Origin: Deltaproteobacteria bacterium
GTDB lineage: Bacteria; JAGRBM01; JAHCIT01
DNA: 64,000 nt
Direction: 5' to 3'
Assembly (NCBI GenBank): GCA_026129095.1
Contig: JAHCIT010000002.1
Span: forward strand, 1-64,000
Below, piece after piece: positions 61,101 through 64,000 of the stretch. The notes under the pieces were generated by a model. The model did no database searches and was not told the DNA's origin. It saw only the letters and a program-made list of their open reading frames with translations. Made by a program: the position numbers and the translations under genes. Position 1 is the stretch's first letter, and each line of letters starts with the position of its first letter.

Positions 61101-61253
61101 GGTCAGGCTCGATACTGTGAGCAGGTCGTTCGCACCGGCGTTGTAGGCACCCGCCGGCGCGCCCGATAGCGCCACCATGACGACCACAGCCCATCCGGCC
61201 AGTTGGGCCAGCAGCCGCCGGTACTGTTGGAGGTTATTCGTTCTCATTCGCAC
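43194..61253 (-). CDS. Giant (6019 aa) secreted mosaic surface protein of unknown function
   Basis: Uninterrupted 18-kb ORF; Sec signal peptide (..VVVMVALSGAPAGA/Y); Thr/Gly/Pro/Cys-rich beta segments, internal repeats and a central amphipathic-helical region. Confidence 0.9.
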   Translation of the reverse strand: MRMRTNNLQQYRRLLAQLAGWAVVVMVALSGAPAGAYNAGANDLLTVSSLTVQDGSASKTMPGSGACGPNAAACVPPTLPLSNTDYSIPVTTSTAGSGTTIRASATVAAAGSNVSVKDVCGGNPSSCFSAAVIPTAGSLCTAAGPCVVSANGMQLAGTVFRVDLQLNPANFVGGGATSGWLLIGVTATDASPALSETEYYRVDYTSPASATPQICITDRPGENDRRSVEGGTTIRYFRSATSYLMSAKVKPNVGTPTPADPNLLGVEVLYGGSGGTLQQTYTGPYAAEANNCSGTPEAGWLNLQTSITLPANAETLVHTRARNSLNILSADQSGTPDPDDIRLVQDSSAPTFGSTFSVRDASNATALFSGIPLTASVTNPAAFVSIEGIFSDTSPGRVYSIAYDTTSQAVDAAPSTVVTGTSSTIFTGGTALSSANDFYRGWTVQITSGLLAGQTRVVQSYDGALRRFTMASGFGGTPGAGNTFVVTPMAGATTITIPASEMARLTEKAPVKVSDLIRFIDDPGQLNRAKRVRISAIGTNGTSTVLTILDTAADGTPVVFDPNASFTLRHTGFAPMRGVLTGCPGACLLSLPGGATTAEQKAWDQIFTSGAPDYGRGLGVNDVIMFQTGATGGNLNRRWKITAINAGARTVSLNSTAIDGAGALANDANATWFAYDAPSGSSAELVWVDGEDVKGGYLCNPCSNVPFRIGLNLAVGPNLITLHITDDAGRITSQQLTINYSTPSVSASAPTVNFTRMLVAPTLSAAQAFTGGQACTGPGCYEIEPGTVMGTGANTFSISAANNLTVAGGGVDFTALLQAGTAVRVGSTHVVVKSVTNATTAKVLRVSGTVPVGPLTGATRHRLVQPSTSRLLGNYEGVRIEGVAFTDDGLPPYDTTGLNPTPDLFINGVNVTSGNVTALVDPDLPAGQTRAFHFTYTVPAPQYSSILIGASPAVTLQASPVEYLIVNAALVTGPLVIPGGMKSGDYIQVPLLNGGNRVPVIGVLEQAIGGTFTCNGQALLVGRTCVRIPATTYAGGPGTTLTNIMRAVQDGIRSDNVRVVHDAAANPQPEVTVPFGYMTDRAAPQLVISGVSDGYTNVTVAPSISITDAHLNTDGDSNPSTGPTGFRLYQGVYVLMDPSNPSRTVAKMNYDFSNRVVPLPVPADQCYPATFFNHDTGPMQRAATVAAVSNVPASVFDGASSLVNEDNYYIGWQLRFTSGPASGQTRTVSQYSGANRRLIMDQPFSANPAVGNSFLLYSWDKVRSAETTVGVGSITTTQFNGTSNLSSSDNIYAGDEITFISGPLAGQAFTVTAYSMSPTPRRFTISPAASTVPLAGDQFMVRTRARNCRINPLSFPQLTGHQLSGYTLGDETEERGGYRMEVWAADLAVPPNVTATSAAPVSVNFGVVLTAGQATVNDFIGIFGNIDGNCPDDRFGNEQTLFSCFLDKIFTTLTENPTSVRGGHDVLGAFFDAFAFVLGSVGEADIGSQILTNPMALTALGGLQDIFPGLFSDGNPDSDIVTILNLIKNGIDRQIFRELPLITLDAMYDPDNNPLTQDGIESLTATFRTLLSLDGGRFRVEGGSSQDKSSSPFVRATPAFLDLLAFEDIRSTIDVINRLRIMDVEVVYSGQTATERRETIPLLYDVLEGIVDLYDSYFFVDSVNGNSAFIYDANANGIAPEAGEVVCANANYSSIVFKNSLNECYCGVTGAPAWCVDQTRIVIDQNSDSRSFGRALYILMNDQCAAVGGPSPACDAGITYKDPTLKGLRTVLHEILAIDPSTGVSDLTGMIEVVQCVLEPIDDGSSNVRDSPIARLIPTLAALVNQTGRRYAAECTLGGQILPVAITPLYASCTSPGATLRRVDGFRRMECRNNSTGRLEGIIRLGAGRAPADFCSSGELIFPDEDALGLLYPALEFITDENLLSQITRIILQFPDTDDLLNMLVTAHDLGLTKRIFPVVGQAFDQDNRGRRSQIPECGTPGTETLTAPACRLAGLPNVDVILDSMADLLTSAKAPFKSTGTCTRPGYPPRPAPCFERVHNTPMAGFLDTFDELFVKNPPSCCTCPKACTGTAGGCVNGWRAPTVTETNACVALRSKDFDPRRDLWQLMSDMLNNEMGQSERDAIMEALPTMAAWHTGANTPAGNVRANPRRFIPGPRDSYNRWFNSSGSTDDSASRPAGAAQRYYSTYWVESGNRTAGWAQQWPPDRAFPSPVMCANGLAWTSGSCSTSQPIPYPSAIPTAGDANYMHQHNLQGTVGIRSRGRNPYDQYLCDNLNCCDADSDPRCNRQDGTLVAGSANECGGSANVLTNSNDCNTKGKLTQQLPNPYIGCGTNLGSTYNASARWKVDVQGWSSAALPETPIDCWDSPDLLRGLDEAFRTTMGVDLGSQVPIIGNGDFLLSINKLISDISGFSNPPLMPSANLTNKIFGLTAPVDREQLKALFTSLYGARGVLTGSLSSMIRYDSEDFGSPAQTPECTGFIAADTGNRTLSVDTKLRLTGTIDRSRAIGPLIDNDAFPPLQRLLVKMVGTINPKEASGQEHLGLYQSKCNADCALNNCGSTQRLLWGQSPAVLASLSQIEVLGFGAPAIVSAFAALEEGPDREVLDGIFEILGDAREVSAANNPKLPQGMTGFDIIFSAIDNMISPADGSTVPFDGIPMTGARDKEPFLYPLFPAMYQMAGVKSRTNGVICNATAATNGCAALSATYQTRGYGQIFSSGAFNPVVTSVTGCSPDANGFCDPSVNADYVRITCTRDALTGGVCIIDQEDGTAFNMTFTPTDKRSHTGHLYRVIERLNNDRIVIDAVAVDDPGIIVAATQPRAVDFVLQTGQRTSVARALRAIGQGILNDLNQDPDIPAFDATDLDSIIADVLRCDTEGLLLDTVMYYIDSDPLNGDARRLRNAIFSLKPFPAIRDGMIDAVGNLLGSTGGQTYLGVEGRAPVAKLIPFLRDGAIKDPTEQFALQRSFDNTINPYNPKSNLRLNSQTAGCSPADASKCVAFIDPVLDIIGSLNATSSWWRTTSASPLAAECYSTVTARSYLPWDTNANNPCSTGGARDFNSMLKPFLGGAGLGGLDVRTANPDGSCTPAVTAPVWEPKPDGIIDECFGGGAAPGDGIADFISRWDKGVASHSLSRGVSDPHFSAGLSFQNLSGQPVQGSGITFYHSGRAGGAGSVVDRAARAHIVVYSSNPAGWTDTAMIGAGWTPNANFFAGINCDNALVHGLSACPGGSVFVAKRQMDFYVRPREGFQTIGVYPPVTVPAGGVAFVFIQQTGAEPIEIGLDASSYMAPTAQYPAGRTMHEVLQRQAANITGAVPPDHMDFVSTNGTAIRKVQTVMGGTAAIPMVRLGFGYPVTRPQEMTDFEKGLPVFKLLFNTPLQSTAANPQQLRPVEPLLDALLALLIPIDIKPNPTPGPNRVPADCSIATANTPEIDDYVYLPRLGETPYRLQTCQEAAVGLGCIDAANPTRTIGQLDPTSPYPAVECRASVRGMPPIDLDQGTDNATPFELMIPLIRRLMLTTYTDPDLFDGIAEDIVLFDTLPFFDLLVMTIPPLSQKEETMLGAGTMTTPIERIFQMAKVMTSASADPNQPYISFFPGYSGKLFCGHPSLNPIASATVGAGPPAPTTSAFVTTVPLPSTALDFYKGWSLKVLTGNALNIGQTRTVTGYAGGVLTVSPALPAAMAAGNTFSLTSNTCVESIDVFDFLSSVTRLRTRTDMTTGITTTEADLVRLIRSFSTAFFEEPKQPLKFTPRELPPRVIAATTETQIRVNDGYGAPAVPVACAEGATSVTGCNYLLDVTARKGQIPGVDSMGGAISGSAPLDNAVITLSRPSSPLQGVTNALHFAGYNNLGPAANGMLWYHLWQPGIMTTPVGGNRPGTDEQPAIGRTQYQIVAGDVLEYGILIPSTSHVRRAAVEIVFEGMQTNAVPWATPFGGQKDGGILTGDNCHTNAPTLPNTRVDPFDPNTRNRFARMSDRDRRCLQYLAMSYNGSTDLNGTRIDTNVDLSELAADKWLIRRIPLTRSGTSEVSHQGFWIRQEPNQPWSGVYFVFDGATHPVRGRAEAYVSFVRIVNGNDVKVNIYDGSSTLANGIELCDGTANNPTALANPTACHPTVAVWSGLNEANTISAAFPAVSAANYIRKGVDICPASGCVVGNDISIAGAMGRVIARSENRAEIMANNVNGRVIVPIRPSEMPFDAELDVQVRCGLTDFSVFTVGGTPMTVFTAQKLNETYYTSADLVNRTLTFNTGPNTGQTRTISAYTPATNTITVTPGLPSNSAPGHQFTINAICPLQSNPVVNDYMNRGGDSGPFTFTMRTGYAPRPWRWRNVTSTGQDRPVYRQPAIDDPAVVNNITIGEPSQDDALFLDMAMLDQFGNVFTEYRNPAAPATPTAQTIDAYYNILMPRLLKFQFSGWSAGGDISQTVLGTGENNSIGPYVWAPGDYLEYEIFYPMVEGNAAVANGVPAAPSVIVDMKSVRPDDGSKTLRTGAIFGMPPAPDPAYGFTMRSFSCTAGGTLTCTSPVIDHRTLDQYGVPAAPRIHYHTSRPVKDWGGTNIEPDPISNFYYRRIPVPDGIEIGAFDTGSTEPIARGSRVFLSAWRGTGAGHSPTTDVHSYIRNIQIGSGNTAKKQIWDSGRVMRISPSSCNNYTAARPAYCPHATQGLVMASSTGLMDGMRGLIYTAAEYDTLLTTPGGLSTALQTVFTTTVKGAPSALGTRLRVISSAANDPQLVMTSAIPASDFRNGVYIPMPDWNNQVNCPLGSTAGANANRSCTADTTAVFGGVQLYYQGVPNLTAATNSAVGAARFCPGGTYGVRCPGGSSFGQDVTVGGNPQIALKPNVLSAGRYRRVYTMSPAAGLHEVRVSVDTAGGSCTTGSCVSPQVENYAQLIAPFDWSVNALPPPAPAKMEFANDYAFNVIDLPNLGTTGTLVNDVLFTSRRPGIAGAGVTVVVNALPNGGTESVLVASSLVTVNVLWNRNRDFVIAMLNASAAAQDLLYAQAAPGSSNAQLLAASPGSAQSYGPVTVTNAGTVFGTNLTQVMVGSGPQRLQVRVFTQYDRPTINQGTIDPSNADNAVLFTARNAGEAGTGISVRVSNFRSDCTTPVSGITVLNKLVLIPATLTNGVSGANIVNLLNNDPDASSLIRASLKKPDLHGAGAGTGAGVWPVLSGCNAFEVVLSPVSASSGAGTGGNPTVPGTEATRRPWTQPIPVTFQVTQPKNAIRVRGYPQVAGAYMGLRLNAGIVRRPTVHYDTSLMASENDTLPEVCLCGGTGVCAAASCGTEENNENNDGDNVVVLHELAGYMPGDRIRILGFDPGAAPAQVAANGDFTARVAAVTPKPDSAAPGTLREWIELDDIKWLSEQCDMTSVADLNAVPGLVNCAGNAVDIRGLRFVWANPNTANDDKFCVVGSTAVDNACQYEYAHFVNNRGSFNATTQNNAWRLSCSSGNFERGADGVWHHVMLFTQSRCMSGCSGTSPTSVNERYRNCLRNNYNPAAAPDGGGAIPAAEDASGWWGISPGPADRVVDEAGFSTQVGAVRLNYADNSSGIFSPNNANVGRRLQYEYTIIGIFVTIVLTADYNLVPGFLNHELMIPKRIAGADEVKSGRMGIDFAAMPFNYSATNWFPGEGGWFPTTNPGNGNQQHVTHTVLVPFISAYTSSLWLEPHYKGIANQDGGSPEDPPIPINIDTSDIPANIRTTDLLTTEYGQGGMGTFALRVIGLPRRALWMGGYNRVHTRIVRCTSQVNTDLANQYQEVRPTGGAAIPCATANTDHLAGRHRVWSRTGLFLAMVEQSGNASGQNWREYYTRYVETNSVNEKMAIAAGVAGNPNPSSMPIYFKDVFYNGETVLPSHMVSNYSYYHTMGATGACSGNPPGGTHPTSPAACYSPNNPTNGSGLHAFHVDRIEISGARVKALSGDTFNAELLYPAHNTTVAKGRLLCSQEALRNPGGAPPQCAGGLSRPGGFATVRANVGASAPKDGTATADLYWPSFDGVSTEVRISAPSVPAVNYRRSVGCPATGCPP

Positions 61254-61341
61254 TCACCCGCCTGTTGCCTGGTCGCTGGACTTGCCGCCGGAACTTCCGG
61301 CCTCGACCCGTATCATTTGCTGTTAGTCCACCTGTTATGAC

Positions 61342-61356
61342 GCAATTTTCATGCCG
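61342..61356 (-). promoter_or_regulatory. Putative sigma-54 (-24/-12) promoter of the giant gene
   Basis: The minus strand reads CGGCATG-AAAA-TTGC (GG-N10-GC), about 90 nt upstream of the start. An IHF-like TTTCAATAGCTTG lies near 61414-61426. Confidence 0.6.
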
Positions 61357-61810
61357 CCAGAGGTATCAAAATCCAAAAACACGCGCATTACCCGGTCTTG
61401 TTTTTATCAGTGTTTTCAATAGCTTGGATAACATTACATGCCTTGGCACCGGCTGCGCGTATCCTGATCTCCTTCGGATCAAACCCGCCACGCAACCCTT
61501 GCGTGGAAAGGCAATTAACTCCAGAAAATCCAGCTCAAAATCCTGTTTTATCCATTCCAATATAGCACTGGGAGGGATGGCGAGCCAGTTCACGGGTCAC
61601 AGCAATGACGGAATTTTGGGGCCCATAGTGCCCAAAACCCGTTGCTCCAGGGCCACTTTTCAGCAGGCGGTGGCAAGCCTTGCCTATATAGCTCCAAGAA
61701 CCCCTGAAATAGGTCAACTGGCTTAGTGTCCGGAAAACAGGACACCAAATGACTGGTTGTTAACCTTTGCACTTAAGGAACAGGGCCCGTGAAGCAGCGA
61801 TGGGGCTCCG

Positions 61811-61845
61811 GAAAAGACGAACGGCCGGGGGAAACCCCCGGCCGT
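61811..61845 (-). terminator. Rho-independent terminator after the upstream large gene
   Basis: 11-bp stem ACGGCCGGGGG-AAA-CCCCCGGCCGT, followed on the minus strand by TCGTCTTTTC. Confidence 0.8.
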
Positions 61846-61895
61846 CCGCGTTTTGGTTACTGCCAGTTTCCTGTGAAACCGGTTCGCCCGTGGGG

Positions 61896-63998
61896 TCAGT
61901 TCCCCACGTTCGAATCGATCAGCAGGTCGCCCAGGGCGGTCAGCAGGTCCACGAAGGCCGGATCCACGGGCAGGCCCGTTGAGATATCCAGTTCGCGGAT
62001 GGTCAGCTGGTCCATGGACTGCAGCGGCGTCGACGTGCGCGGCACCTGGTTGTTCACGATGAAGGCGTAGTCTTCACGTGCAATCAGGTCGGCAAGGCCG
62101 TCGAACAGCGCCGCGTTGACGCCGTTCAGGTTGCCCAGCGTCACCACACCGTCAGCGGCGGTGAAGCCGATGCGGAAGCGGCGGTCGGTGTAGCCGGCGG
62201 GCGTGCCAGCCACTTCGGGATCACCACTGGCGCCATCGGTGCAGGCCTCCAGCAGCGATCCGGCGGGGAACCCGGCAGGCGGCGAGCAGTCGAAGACGAT
62301 GTTGTCGACTTCAGTGCTCGGGCAGTTGGTCACACAGGCTGCCACAGCGGGATCGTCAAATACCGACATCCACGGCGCGCCGCCGCCGAATGTCGTGTCG
62401 AACACACCCGCCAGGGCCGCATCGCCAATGGTGCCGTTGCGGTTCAGGTCGTCAGTGATGAGCGGATCGTACCGGTTCTCGTCATCCTCACGCACAATCC
62501 GCGGATTGACCGAGGCCGAACCCGGAATCAGCGCCTGGATGTCGGCGAACAGGGCGTCGGCGATGGTCACGCCGGTCGTGTATTCCTGTCCGCAGAACTC
62601 GCGGTCGATGGCACCCGAGCCGCAGCCGGGGGCGTTGCCGAGATCTGTCGGATCGATCGGGCCCGTTCCCGACACCGGATCGTTGTCCAGTGCGTAGAGC
62701 TGGGAGCCGATGATGCCGGAGATGAACGGCAGCGCGCCGATAACCTTCGACTCCGCATCGCCAGCGAGCAGGACCGACAGGCTGCTGAACAGATCCTCGC
62801 GGAGGATCGGCTGCAGCGGCCGCTCGACCAGCACGCCACGGTCGCGGAAGACCGCCTGCGGGTTGAAGTCGACGCAGGCGTCGTAAGTCACTGCCGCATT
62901 GACGCCACGGTCAAAGTCAGCCGTCGCCGTATTACAGTCGGTCGGGTCTTCGATCAGGGTATTGATGAAGTTGCCCACCACGTCGAGGCCGGACCGGTAG
63001 AAGTCACCGGCGCCAGTCGGCGTGTCGATGATGTCGCGCTGGGCGAGACCCACCTGGACCGAGAGGATGTTGTCGATCGTGCGGTCGTGACCGGACGGCG
63101 TTACCACCGTGTCGGTATCGGTCGCAATGTCACGGACGAGCCGAAGCGCCTGGCCCAGGTAGTTCTGGGTGTTGAAGGGGTGTTCAATCCCGTCACGCAC
63201 CGAACCCATCAGGTTCGCCAGCAGATCCTGCATGGCAACCAGCTTGTTGCGGTAGCGTTTGTTGTTCAGCGACTCGGCATTGTCGAACGTCGGCTGCGTG
63301 CTGCTGCCGTCCGTGTAGTCGATCGCCTGCTCGAAGTCGTCCAGAACACCCAGGATCGTGCGGACGAGCGCCTGAGTCGGACCCTCGTAGATGCCGTCGA
63401 CTGCCGTGGCGCCAGCGAGGATCACCCGCTGCTGGCCAGCAGCGTACGTGCCGGGCACGTACGGACGGCTGTCGTAGAGGAGACCGCTCTCATCACCGTT
63501 GTTCGAACGTGCCGAACGGGAGATGATGTTCGCCAGCGCGAGACCGTCGATCTCGAGACCGTGGAGCGTGTTGTTGTCGTCCACGACCGTGCTCTTCGTG
63601 TCACGCGCAGCGGGGGGTACCAGATCGGTCTGCTCGGTGAGGATCTGGATGCCCGGAATGAGCTGCCGGATCAGGTCCGTCTGGATGAACTGCGTCAGGA
63701 CGCTGAACAGGAGCCGCGGATCATCCGAGAACCCTTCGCGCGAGTGGCCCGGGAGCACCGCATTGGCGCCCAGCTCGCCGTCACGTCCGTCGCGGTCACC
63801 CAGCGTGCCGAGCAGTCCGGAGAGCGCCAGGAGCTGGTAGTCAACCGCGTCGTTGATGGCGTTGCCGTCGCAACCGGGGATACCGGTGTTCGAGCAGTCG
63901 GCACCAGCCGGGGTCGGCCAGCCGGACGCATCCACGAAGTTCGGGTAACGGTCGTAACGGTCCTCACGGCCCTGGACAATGAAGTCGTCGAGACCGAT
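61896..63998 (-). CDS. C-terminal part of a second large, acidic, Cys-containing protein (runs off the window end)
   Basis: The frame is open from 63998 to the stop at 61896. Amphipathic helices alternate with Cys/Asp-rich loops (DLNRNGTIGD). Confidence 0.85.
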   Translation of the reverse strand: MGLDDFIVQGREDRYDRYPNFVDASGWPTPAGADCSNTGIPGCDGNAINDAVDYQLLALSGLLGTLGDRDGRDGELGANAVLPGHSREGFSDDPRLLFSVLTQFIQTDLIRQLIPGIQILTEQTDLVPPAARDTKSTVVDDNNTLHGLEIDGLALANIISRSARSNNGDESGLLYDSRPYVPGTYAAGQQRVILAGATAVDGIYEGPTQALVRTILGVLDDFEQAIDYTDGSSTQPTFDNAESLNNKRYRNKLVAMQDLLANLMGSVRDGIEHPFNTQNYLGQALRLVRDIATDTDTVVTPSGHDRTIDNILSVQVGLAQRDIIDTPTGAGDFYRSGLDVVGNFINTLIEDPTDCNTATADFDRGVNAAVTYDACVDFNPQAVFRDRGVLVERPLQPILREDLFSSLSVLLAGDAESKVIGALPFISGIIGSQLYALDNDPVSGTGPIDPTDLGNAPGCGSGAIDREFCGQEYTTGVTIADALFADIQALIPGSASVNPRIVREDDENRYDPLITDDLNRNGTIGDAALAGVFDTTFGGGAPWMSVFDDPAVAACVTNCPSTEVDNIVFDCSPPAGFPAGSLLEACTDGASGDPEVAGTPAGYTDRRFRIGFTAADGVVTLGNLNGVNAALFDGLADLIAREDYAFIVNNQVPRTSTPLQSMDQLTIRELDISTGLPVDPAFVDLLTALGDLLIDSNVGN

Positions 63999-64000
63999 CG

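Noticed and set aside
1-64000. CRISPR arrays, rRNA genes, transposases
   Set aside because: No regularly spaced repeats, rRNA-like sequence or transposase motifs were seen.

Overview
A GC-rich bacterial chromosomal segment. Gene content (sigma-54-type promoters, a DUF4388-like protein, ParB with an LGRGL N-terminus, SMC) suggests a deltaproteobacterial or Myxococcota-like host; this is inference only. Housekeeping genes are mutS, smc, parA/parB, thiD, a mannose-1-phosphate guanylyltransferase and tRNA-His. They are interleaved with three accessory systems. (1) A ~3160-aa single-polypeptide PUFA-synthase-like type I PKS with the order [FMN-barrel]x2-KS-ACP-ACP-AT-KR-DH-ACP-PPTase. All three ACPs read GID-T-V, with Thr at the position of the normally invariant phosphopantetheinylated Ser, and the enzyme carries its own PPTase. 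It is flanked by an MBL hydrolase, a methyltransferase and an acyl-CoA carboxyltransferase. (2) A TetR-controlled cluster encoding an antigen-85-like secreted esterase, a Cys-elbow alpha/beta hydrolase, an OleC-like ligase and an MMACHC-like protein. (3) A 6019-aa secreted mosaic protein and the C-terminal end of a second large protein, directly upstream of parAB. The PKS and the giant gene each have a -24/-12 (sigma-54-like) motif upstream. All family calls come from motif recognition by eye; no database search was run.
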